Of a stretch of DNA of 64,000 nucleotides, positions 1-12,159 are shown piece by piece. The stretch covers positions 992,001-1,056,000 of the forward strand of contig OZ059900.1 in NCBI GenBank assembly GCA_964057225.1, read 5' to 3'. Below the pieces are notes generated by a model. It saw only the letters and a list, made by a program, of their open reading frames with translations. It was not told the DNA's origin and ran no database searches. A program made the translations under genes and the position numbers. The stretch comes from Auanema rhodensis. Its lineage: Eukaryota; Animalia; Nematoda. The stretch's first letter is position 1; every line of letters begins with the position of its first letter.

Positions 1-350
1 TTGAGAATCAAACATACAATACACGAAATCAGTCTACTTTTATGAGCTTGCACTGATATATATTCATTTTGATCAAAAAAGGTCGAAAATAGAAAGAATT
101 TTTGAAATTTACGAGGTTTGAGTCTAATTTGGCTAAATCGCTCATATATATGATCAGAAGCATAGTTTTATTGTCTATGACAACAAAAGTCATTAATTAA
201 ACACTAATAATGTTTAAATCACTAAATTTCGCTCAAATAGCATTACTACACTAAGTATGGTCGTTTTTATGCCTTTAACACCATATACTCACCGATTTTT
301 GGTACAAAATCTGTAATACTTGTAAATTTTGATCATATTCGTTAAGATTC

Positions 351-697
351 GAGAATCAAACACATAATACACAAAATAAGTCTATTTTTATGAGTTTGCA
401 CTGATATTTATTCATTTTGATCAAAAAAGGTCGAAAATAGAAAGAATTTTTGAAATTTCCGAGTTTTAAGTCTAATTTGGCTAAATCGCTCATATATATG
501 ATCAGAAGCATAGTTTTATTGTCTATGACAACAAAAATCATCAATTAAACGCTAGTGATGTTTAAATACTGATTTTCGCTCAAATAGCATTACTACACTA
601 AGTATGGTCGTTTTTATGCCTTTAACACCATATACTCACCGATTTTTGGTACAAAATCTGTAATACTTGTAAATTTTGATCATATTCGTTAAGATTC
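351..697. repeat. Representative 347-bp monomer
   Basis: Runs from GAGAATCAAAC at 351 to the next copy at 698. Carries the short allele GTTTAAATACTGA at 560-572. Confidence 0.97.
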
Positions 698-1045
698 GAG
701 AATCAAACAAATAATACACAAAATAAGTCTATTTTTATGAGTTTGCACTGATATTTATTCATTTTGATCAAAAAAGGTCGAAAATAGAAAGAATTTTTGA
801 AATTTACGAGGTTTGAGTCTAATTTGGCTAAATCGCTCATATATATGATCAGAAGCATAGTTTTATTGTCTATGACAACAAAAGTCATTAATTAAACACT
901 AATAATGTTTAAATCACTAAATTTCGCTCAAATAGCATTACTACACTAAGTATGGTCGTTTTTATGCCTTTAACACCATATACTCACCGATTTTTGGTAC
1001 AAAATCTGTAATACTTGTAAATTTTGATCATATTCGTTAAGATTC
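698..1045. repeat. Representative 348-bp monomer
   Basis: Runs from 698 to the next copy at 1046. Carries the long allele GTTTAAATCACTAA (extra C), the recurrent 1-bp indel separating the two length classes. Confidence 0.97.
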
Positions 1046-2434
1046 GAGAATCAAACACATAATACACAAAATAAGTCTATTTTTATGAGTTTGCACTGAT
1101 ATTTATTCATTTTGATCAAAAAAGGTCGAAAATAGAAAGAATTTTTGAAATTTCCGAGTTTTAAGTCTAATTTGGCTAAATCGCTCATATATATGATCAG
1201 AAGCATAGTTTTATTGTCTATGACAACAAAAATCATCAATTAAACGCTAGTGATGTTTAAATACTGATTTTCGCTCAAATAGCATTACTACACTAAGTAT
1301 GGTCGTTTTTATGCCTTTAACACCATATACTCACCGATTTTTGGTACAAAATCTGTAATACTTGTAAATTTTGATCATATTCGTTAAGATTTGAGAATCA
1401 AACATACAATACACAAAATCAGTCTATTTTTATGAGCTTGCACTGATATTTATTCATTTTTATCAAAAAAGGTCGAAAATAGAAAGAATTTTTGAAATTT
1501 CCGAGTTTTGAGTCCAATTGGGCTAAATCGCTCATATATATGATCAAAAGCATAGTTTTACTGTCTATGATAACAAAAGTCTTCAAATATAAACTAATAA
1601 TTATTAAATCACTGAATTTCACTCAAATAGCATTACTACACTAAGTATGGTCGTTTTTATGCCTTTAACACCATATACTCACCGATTTTTGGTACAAAAT
1701 CTGTGATACTCGTAAATTTTGATCATATTCGGTGAGATTCGAGAATCAAACACTCAATACACGAAATAAGTTTATTTTGACGAGTTTGCACTGATATTTA
1801 TTCATTTTGATCAAAAAAGGTCGAAAATAGAAAGATTTTTTGAAATTTCCGAGTTTTGAGTCCAATTTGGCTAAATCGCTCATATATATGATCAAAAGCA
1901 TAGTTTTATTGTCTATAACAACAAAAGTCATCAATTAAACGCTAGTGATGTTTAAATACTGATTTTCGCTCAAATAGCATTACTACACTAAGTATGGTCG
2001 TTTTTATGCCTCTAACACCATATACTCACCGATTTTTGGTACAAAATCTGTAATACTTGTAAATTTTGATCATATTCGTTAAGATTCGAGAATCAAACAC
2101 ATAATACACGAAATAAGTCTATTTTTACAAGTTTGCACTGATATTTATTCATTTTGATCAAAAAAGATCGAAAATAGAAAGAATTTTTGAAATTTCCGAG
2201 TTTTGAGTCCAATTTGGCTAAATCGCTCATATATATGATCAAAAGCATAGTTTTATTGTCTATAACAACAAAAGTCATCAATTAAACGCTAGTGATGTTT
2301 TAATACTGAATTTCGCTCAAATAGCATTACTACACTAAGTATGGTCGTTTTTATGCCTTTAACACCATATACTCACCGATTTTTGGTACAAAATCTGTGA
2401 TACTCGTAAATTTTGATCATATTCGGTGAGATTC

Positions 2435-3824
2435 GAGAATCAAACACTCAATACACGAAATAAGTTTATTTTGACGAGTTTGCACTGATATTTATTCATT
2501 TTGATCAAAAAAGGTCGAAAATAGAAAGATTTTTTGAAATTTCCGAGTTTTGAGTCTAATTTGGCTAAATCGCTCATATATATGATCAGAAGCATAGATG
2601 TATTGTCTATGACAACAAAAGTCATTAATTGAACACTAATGATGTTTAAATCACTGAATTTCGCTCAAATAGCATTACTACACTAAGGATGGTCGTTTTT
2701 ATGCCTTTAACACCATATACTCACCGATTTTTGGTACAAAATCTGTGATACTCGTAAATTTTGATCATATTCGTTAAGATTCAAGAATCAAACACACAAT
2801 ACACGAAATAAGTTCATTTTTACAAGTTTGCACTGATATTTATTCATTTTGATCAAAAAAGGTCGAAAATAGAAAGAATTTTTGAAATTTCCGAGTTTTG
2901 AGTCTAATTTGGCTAAATCGCTCATATATATGATCAGATGCATAGTTTTATTGTCTATGACAAGAAAAGTCATCAATTAAACGCTAGTGATGTTTAAATA
3001 CTGATTTTCGCTCAAATAGCATTATTACACTAAGTATGGTCGTTTTTATGCCTTTAACACCATATACTCACCGATTTTTGGTACAAAATCTGTAATACTT
3101 GTAAATTTTGATCATATTCGTTAAGATTCGAGAATCAAACACATAATACACGAAATAAGTCTATTTTTACAAGTTTGCACTGATATTTATTCATTTTGAT
3201 CAAAAAAGATCGAAAATAGAAAGAATTTTTGAAATTTCCGAGTTTTGAGTCTAATTTGGCTAAATCGCTCATATATATGATCAGAAGCATAGATGTATTG
3301 TCTATGACAACAAAAGTCATTAATTGAACACTAATGATGTTTAAATCACTGAATTTCGCTCAAATAGCATTACTACACTAAGGATGGTCGTTTTTATGCC
3401 TTTAACACCATATACTCACCGATTTTTGGTACAAAATCTGTGATACTCGTAAATTTTGATCATATTCGTTAAGATTCAAGAATCAAACACACAATACACG
3501 AAATAAGTTCATTTTTACAAGTTTGCACTGATATTTATTCATTTTGATCAAAAAAGGTCGAAAATAGAAAGAATTTTTGAAATTTCCGAGTTTTGAGTCT
3601 AATTTGGCTAAATCGCTCATATATATGATCAGATGCATAGTTTTATTGTCTATGACAAGAAAAGTCATCAATTAAACGCTAGTGATGTTTAAATACTGAT
3701 TTTCGCTCAAATAGCATTATTACACTAAGTATGGTCGTTTTTATGCCTTTAACACCATATACTCACCGATTTTTGGTACAAAATCTGTAATACTTGTAAA
3801 TTTTGATCATATTCGTTAAGATTC
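2435..3824. repeat. Local 2-monomer duplication, period 695 bp (breakpoints inside monomers)
   Basis: ORFs at 2788 and 3483 are identical and share CAGATGC and GACAAGAAAA. The preceding monomers (2440, 3135) share the AGATGTATTG/AGGATGG right half but differ in the left half. Confidence 0.85.
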
Positions 3825-6253
3825 GAGAATCAAACACATAATACACGAAATAAGTCTATTTTTACAAGTTTGCACTGATATTTATTCATTTTGATCAAAA
3901 AAGATCGAAAATAGAAAGAATTTTTGAAATTTCCGAGTTTTGAGTCCAATTTGGCTAAATCGCTCATATATATGATCAAAAGCATAGTTTTATTGTCTAT
4001 AACAACAAAAGTCATCAATTAAACGCTAGTGATGTTTTAATACTGAATTTCGCTCAAATAGCATTACTACACTAAGTATGGTCGTTTTTATGCCTTTAAC
4101 ACCATATACTCACCGATTTTTGGTACAAAATCTGTGATACTCGTAAATTTTGATCATATTCGGTGAGATTCGAGAATCAAACACTCAATACACGAAACAA
4201 GTTTATTTTGACGAGTTTGCACTGATATTTATTCATTTTGATCAAAAAAGGTCGAAAATAGAAAGATTTTTTGAAATTTACGAGTTTTGAGTCTAATTTG
4301 GCTAAATCGCTCATATATATGATCAGAAGCATAGTTTTATTGTCTATGACAACAAAAATCATCAATTAAACGCTAGTGATGTTTAAATACTGATTTTCGC
4401 TCAAATAGCATTACTACACTAAGTATGGTCGTTTTTATGCCTTTAACACCATATACTCACCGATTTTTGGTACAAAATCTGTAATACTTGTAAATTTTGA
4501 TCATATTCGTTAAGATTTGAGAATCAAACATACAATACACAAAATCAGTCTATGTTTATGAGCTTGCACTGATATATATTCATTTTGATCAAAAAAGGTC
4601 GAAAATAGAAAGAATTTTTGAAATTTCCGAGTTTTGAGTCTAATTTGGCTAAATCGCTCATATATATGATCAGAAGCATAGTTTTATTGTCTATGACAAC
4701 AAAAATCATCAATTAAACGCTAGTGATGTTTAAATACTGATTTTCGCTCAAATAGCATTACTACACTAAGTATGGTCGTTTTTATGCCTTTAACACCATA
4801 TACTCACCGATTTTTGGTACAAAATCTGTAATACTTGTAAATTTTGATCATATTCGTTAAGATTCGAGAATCAAACACACAATACACGAAATAAGTTCAT
4901 TTTTACAAGTTTGCACTGATATTTATTCATTTTGATCAAAAAAGGTCGAAAATAGAAAGAATTTTTGAAATTTCCGAGTTTTGAGTCTAATTTGGCTAAA
5001 TCGCTCATATATATGATCAGATGCATAGTTTTATTGTCTATGACAACAAAAGTCATCAATTAAACGCTAGTGATGTTTAAATACTGATTTTCGCTCAAAT
5101 AGCATTATTACACTAAGTATGGTCGTTTTTATGCCTTTAACACCATATACTCACCGATTTTTGGTACAAAATCTGTAATACTTGTAAATTTTGATCATAT
5201 TCGTTAAGGTTCGAGAATCAAACACATAATACACGAAATAAGTCTATTTTTACAAGTTTGCACTGATATTTATTCATTTTGATCAAAAAAGATCGAAAAT
5301 AGAAAGAATTTTTGAAATTTCCGAGTTTTGAGTCCAATTTGGCTAAATCGCTCATATATATGATCAAAAGCATAGTTTTATTGTCTATAACAACAAAAGT
5401 CATCAATTAAACGCTAGTGATGTTTTAATACTGAATTTCGCTCAAATAGCATTACTACACTAAGTATGGTCGTTTTTATGCCTTTAACACCATATACTCA
5501 CCGATTTTTGGTACAAAATCTGTGATACTCGTAAATTTTGATCATATTCGGTGAGATTCGAGAATCAAACACTCAATACACGAAACAAGTTTATTTTGAC
5601 GAGTTTGCACTGATATTTATTCATTTTGATCAAAAAAGGTCGAAAATAGAAAGATTTTTTGAAATTTACGAGTTTTGAGTCTAATTTGGCTAAATCGCTC
5701 ATATATATGATCAGAAGCATAGTTTTATTGTCTATGACAACAAAAATCATCAATTAAACGCTAGTGATGTTTAAATACTGATTTTCGCTCAAATAGCATT
5801 ACTACACTAAGTATGGTCGTTTTTATGCCTTTAACACCATATACTCACCGATTTTTGGTACAAAATCTGTAATACTTGTAAATTTTGATCATATTCGTTA
5901 AGATTTGAGAATCAAACATACAATACACAAAATCAGTCTATGTTTATGAGCTTGCACTGATATATATTCATTTTGATCAAAAAAGGTCGAAAATAGAAAG
6001 AATTTTTGAAATTTCCGAGTTTTGAGTCTAATTTGGCTAAATCGCTCATATATATGATCAGAAGCATAGTTTTATTGTCTATGACAACAAAAATCATCAA
6101 TTAAACGCTAGTGATGTTTAAATACTGATTTTCGCTCAAATAGCATTACTACACTAAGTATGGTCGTTTTTATGCCTTTAACACCATATACTCACCGATT
6201 TTTGGTACAAAATCTGTAATACTTGTAAATTTTGATCATATTCGTTAAGATTC
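3478..6253. repeat. 4-monomer HOR, 2 copies, period 1388 bp
   Basis: Private TATGTTTATG at 4551 and 5939. ORF pairs 3830/5218 and 4177/5565 are identical. 3483/4871 share CAGATGC and CATTATTAC. Confidence 0.92.
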
Positions 6254-8338
6254 GAGAATCAAACACATAATACACGAAATAAGTCTATTTTTACAAGTTT
6301 GCACTGATATTTATTCATTTTGATCAAAAAAGGTCGAAAATAGAAAGATTTTTTGAAATTTCCGAGTTTTGAGTCTAATTTGGCTAAATCGCTCATATAT
6401 ATGATCAGAAGCATAGATGTATTGTCTATGACAACAAAAGTCATTAATTGAACACTAATAATGTTTAAATCACTGAATTTCGCTCAAATAGCATTACTAC
6501 ACTAAGGATGGTCGTTTTTATGCCTTTAACACCATATACTCACCGATTTTTGGTACAAAATCTGTGATACTCGTAAATTTTGATCATATTCGTTAAGATT
6601 CAAGAATCAAACACACAATACACGGAATAAGTTCATTTTTACAAGTTTGCACTGATATTTATTCATTTTGATCAAAAAAGGTCGAAAATAGAAAGAATTT
6701 TTGAAATTTACGAGTTTTGAGTCTAATTTGGCTAAATCGCTCATATATATGATCAGAAGCATAGTTTTATTGTCTATGACAACAAAAGTCATTAATTAAA
6801 CACTAATGATGTTTAAATACTGATTTTCGCTCAAATAGCATTACTACACTAAGTATGGTCGTTTTTATACCTTCAACACCATATACTCACCGATTTTTAG
6901 TACAAAATCTGTGATACTCGTAAATTTCGATCATATTTGTTAAGATTCGAGAATCAAACACACAATACACGAAATGAGTTTATTTTCACGAGTTTGCACT
7001 GATATTTATTCAATTTGATCAAAAAAGGTCGAAAATAGAAAGAATTTTTGAATTTTCCGAGTTTTGAGTCCAATTGGGCTAAATCGCTCATATATATGAT
7101 CAAAAGCATAGTTTTACTGTCTATGATAACAAAAGTCTTCAAATATACACTAGTAATGATTAAATCACTGAATTTCACTCAAATAGCATTACTACACTAA
7201 GTATGGTCGTTTTTATGCCTTTAACACCATATACTCACCGATTTTTGGTACAAAATCTGTAATACTTGTAAATTTCGATCATATTCGTTAAGATTTGAGA
7301 ATCAAACACATAATACACGAAATAAGTCTATTTTTACAAGTTTGCACTGATATTTATTCATTTTGATCAAAAAAGGTCGAAAATAGAAAGAATTTTTGAA
7401 ATTTCCGAGTTTTGAGTCCAATTTGGCTAAATCGCTCATATATATGATCAAAAGCATAGTTCTATTGTCTATAACAACAAAAGTCTTCAATTAAACGCTA
7501 GTGATGTTTTAATACTGAATTTCGCTCAAATAGCATTACTACACTAAGTATGGTCGTTTTTATGCCTTTAACACCATATACTCACCGATTTTTGGTACAA
7601 AATCTGTAATACTCGTAAATTTTGATCATATTCGTTAAGATTTGAGAATCAAACATACAATACACGAAATCAGTCTATTTTTATGAGCTTGCACTGATAT
7701 ATATTCATTTTGATCAAAAAAGGTCGAAAATAGAAAGAATTTTTGAAATTTACGAGGTTTGAGTCTAATTTGGCTAAATCGCTCATATATATGATCAGAA
7801 GCATAGTTTTATTGTCTATGACAACAAAAGTCATTAATTAAACACTAATAATGTTTAAATCACTAAATTTCGCTCAAATAGCATTACTACACTAAGTATG
7901 GTCGTTTTTATGCCTTTAACACCATATACTCACCGATTTTTGGTACAAAATCTGTAATACTTGTAAATTTTGATCATATTCGTTAAGATTCGAGAATCAA
8001 ACACATAATACACAAAATAAGTCTATTTTTATGAGTTTGCACTGATATTTATTCATTTTGATCAAAAAAGGTCGAAAATAGAAAGAATTTTTGAAATTTC
8101 CGAGTTTTGAGTCTAATTTGGCTAAATCGCTCATATATATGATCAGAAGCATAGTTTTATTGTCTATGACAACAAAAATCATCAATTGAACGCTAGTGAT
8201 GTTTAAATACTGATTTTCGCTCAAATAGCATTACTACACTAAGTATGGTCGTTTTTATGCCTTTAACACCATATACTCACCGATTTTTGGTACAAAATCT
8301 GTAATACTTGTAAATTTTGATCATATTCGTTAAGATTT

Positions 8339-10075
8339 GAGAATCAAACATACAATACACAAAATCAGTCTATTTTTATGAGCTTGCACTGATATTTATT
8401 CATTTTTATCAAAAAAGGTCGAAAATAGAAAGAATTTTTGAAATTTCCGAGTTTTGAGTCCAATTGGGCTAAATCGCTCATATATATGATCAAAAGCATA
8501 GTTTTACTGTCTATGATAACAAAAGTCTTCAAATATAAACTAATAATGATTAAATCACTGAATTTCACTCAAATAGCATTACTACACTAAGTATGGTCGT
8601 TTTTATGCCTTTAACACCATATACTCACCGATTTTTGGTACAAAATCTGTGATACTCGTAAATTTTGATCATATTCGGTGAGATTCGAGAATCAAACACT
8701 CAATACACGAAATAAGTTTATTTTGACGAGTTTGCACTGATATTTATTCATTTTGATCAAAAAAGGTCGAAAATAGAAAGATTTTTTGAAATTTCCGAGT
8801 TTTGAGTCCAATTTGGCTAAATCGCTCATATATATGATCAAAAGCATAGTTTTATTGTCTATAACAACAAAAGTCATCAATTAAACGCTAGTGATGTTTT
8901 AATACTGAATTTCGCTCAAATAGCATTACTACACTAAGGATGGTCGTTTTTATGCCTTTAACACCATATACTCACCGATTTTTGGTACAAAATCTGTGAT
9001 ACTCGTAAATTTTGATCATATTCGTTAAGATTCAAGAATCAAACACACAATACACGAAATAAGTTCATTTTTACAAGTTTGCACTGATATTTATTCATTT
9101 TGATCAAAAAAGGTCGAAAATAGAAAGAATTTTTGAAATTTACGAGTTTTGAGTCTAATTTGGCTAAATCGCTCATATATATGATCAGAAGCATAGTTTT
9201 ATTGTCTATGACAACAAAAGTCATTAATTAAACACTAATGATGTTTAAATACTGATTTTCGCTCAAATAGCATTACTACACTAAGTATGGTCGTTTTTAT
9301 ACCTTCAACACCATATACTCACCGATTTTTGGTACAAAATCTGTGATACTCGTAAATTTCGATCATATTCGTTAAGATTCGAGAATCAAACACACAATAC
9401 ACGAAATTAGTTTATTTTCACGAGTTTGCACTGATATTTATTCAATTTGATCAAAAAAGGTCGAAAATAGAAAGAATTTTTGAATTTTCCGAGTTTTGAG
9501 ACCAATTGGGCTAAATCGCTCATATATATGATCAAAAGCATAGTTTTACTGTCTATGATAACAAAAGTCTTCAAATATACACTAGTAATGATTAAATCAC
9601 TGAATTTCACTCAAATAGCATTACTACACTAAGTATGGTCGTTTTTATGCCTTTAACACCATATATTCACCGATTTTTGGTACAAAATCTGTAATACTTG
9701 TAAATTTCGATCATATTCGTTAAGATTTGAGAATCAAACACATAATACACGAAATAAGTCTATTTTTACAAGTTTGCACTGATATTTATTCATTTTGATC
9801 AAAAAAGGTCGAAAATAGAAAGAATTTTTGAAATTTCCGAGTTTTGAGTCCAATTTGGCTAAATCGCTCATATATATGATCAAAAGCATAGTTCTATTGT
9901 CTATAACAACAAAAGTCTTCAATTAAACGCTAGTGATGTTTTAATACTGAATTTCGCTCAAATAGCATTACTACACTAAGTATGGTCGTTTTTATGCCTT
10001 TAACACCATATACTCACCGATTTTTGGTACAAAATCTGTAATACTCGTAAATTTTGATCATATTCGTTAAGATTT
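8339..10075. repeat. 5-monomer block, copy 1 (second copy 6601 bp downstream)
   Basis: ORF series 8365, 8692, 9039, 9407, 9734 matches 14966, 15293, 15640, 16008, 16335 at a constant 6601-bp offset. Both copies share the rare GAGACCAATTGG and CATATATTCACC variants. Confidence 0.9.
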
Positions 10076-12159
10076 GAGAATCAAACATACAATACACGAA
10101 ATCAGTCTATTTTTATGAGCTTGCACTGATATTTATTCATTTTGATCAAAAAAGGTCGAAAATAGAAAGAATTTTTGAAATTTCCGAGTTTTGAGTCTAA
10201 TTTGGCTAAATCGCTCATATATATGATCAGAAGCATAGTTTTATTGTCTATGACAACAAAAATCATCAATTAAACGCTAGTGATGTTTAAATACTGATTT
10301 TCGCTCAAATAGCATTACTACACTAAGTATGGTCGTTTTTATGCCTTTAACACCATATACTCACCGATTTTTGGTACAAAATCTGTAATACTTGTAAATT
10401 TTGATCATATTCGTTAAGATTCGAGAATCAAACACATAATACACGAAATAAGTCTATTTTTACAAGTTTGCACTGATATTTATTCATTTTGATCAAAAAA
10501 GATCGAAAATAGAAAGAATTTTTGAAATTTCCGAGTTTTGAGTCCAATTTGGCTAAATCGCTCATATATATGATCAAAAGCATAGTTTTATTGTCTATAA
10601 CAACAAAAGTCATCAATTAAACGCTAGTGATGTTTTAATACTGAATTTCGCTCAAATAGCATTACTACACTAAGTATGGTCGTTTTTATGCCTTTAACAC
10701 CATATACTCACCGATTTTTGGTACAAAATCTGTGATACTCGTAAATTTTGATCATATTCGGTGAGATTCGAGAATCAAACACTCAATACACGAAACAAGT
10801 TTATTTTGACGAGTTTGCACTGATATTTATTCATTTTGATCAAAAAAGGTCGAAAATAGAAAGATTTTTTGAAATTTCCGAGTTTTGAGTCTAATTTGGC
10901 TAAATCGCTCATATATATGATCAGAAGCATAGATGTATTGTCTATGACAACAAAAGTCATTAATTGAACACTAATGATGTTTAAATCACTGAATTTCGCT
11001 CAAATAGCATTACTACACTAAGGATGGTCGTTTTTATGCCTTTAACACCATATACTCACCGATTTTTGGTACAAAATCTGTAATACTCGTAAATTTTGAT
11101 CATATTCGTTAAGATTTGAGAATCAAACATACAATACACGAAATCAGTCTATTTTTATGAGCTTGCACTGATATATATTCATTTTGATCAAAAAAGGTCG
11201 AAAATAGAAAGAATTTTTGAAATTTCCGAGTTTTGAGTCTAATTTGGCTAAATCGCTCATATATATGATCAGAAGCATAGTTTTATTGTCTATGACAACA
11301 AAAATCATCAATTAAACGCTAGTGATGTTTAAATACTGATTTTCGCTCAAATAGCATTACTACACTAAGTATGGTCGTTTTTATGCCTTTAACACCATAT
11401 ACTCACCGATTTTTGGTACAAAATCTGTAATACTTGTAAATTTTGATCATATTCGTTAAGATTCGAGAATCAAACACATAATACACGAAATAAGTCTATT
11501 TTTACAAGTTTGCACTGATATTTATTCATTTTGATCAAAAAAGATCGAAAATAGAAAGAATTTTTGAAATTTCCGAGTTTTGAGTCCAATTTGGCTAAAT
11601 CGCTCATATATATGATCAAAAGCATAGTTTTATTGTCTATAACAACAAAAGTCATCAATTAAACGCTAGTGATGTTTAAATACTGAATTTCACTCAAATA
11701 GCATTACTACACTAAGTATGGTCGTTTTTATGCCTTTAACACCATATACTCACCGATTTTTGGTACAAAATCTGTGATACTCGTAAATTTTGATCATATT
11801 CGGTGAGATTCGAGAATCAAACACATAATACACAAAATAAGTCTATTTTTATGAGTTTGCACTGATATTTATTCATTTTGATCAAAAAAGGTCGAAAATA
11901 GAATGAATTTTTGAATTTTCCGAGTTTTGAGTCCAATTGGGCTAAATCGCTCATATATATGATCAAAAGCATAGTTTTACTGTTCATGATAACAAAAGTC
12001 TTCAAATATACACTAATAATGTGTAAATCACTGAATTTCACTCAAATAGCTTTACTACACTAAGTATGGTCGTTTTTATGCCTTTAACACCATATACTCA
12101 CCGATTTTTGGTACAAAATCTGTGATACTCGTAAATTTTGATCATATTCGGTGAGATTC

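Larger units (their letters stand above)
3..1392. repeat. Local 2-monomer duplication, period 695 bp
   Basis: Variant ACGAGGTTTG at 111 and 806. Variant GAGTTTTAAG at 461 and 1156. ORFs at 356 and 1051 translate identically. Confidence 0.85.

Noticed and set aside
337-354. CENP-B-box-like ATTCGTTAAGATTCGAGA
   Set aside because: The canonical box needs TTCG-N4-A-N2-CGGG. Here the spacing is one base too long and CGGG is CGAG, and the second CG is often mutated (TTTGAG, TTCAAG).
415-770. ~88-bp tetrameric sub-repeat (TCGCTCA at 486/576; TTTTGATCA at 674/762)
   Set aside because: Only two short matches support it and the other spacings are irregular. It is too weak to separate from chance, unlike the ~175-bp dimer signal.
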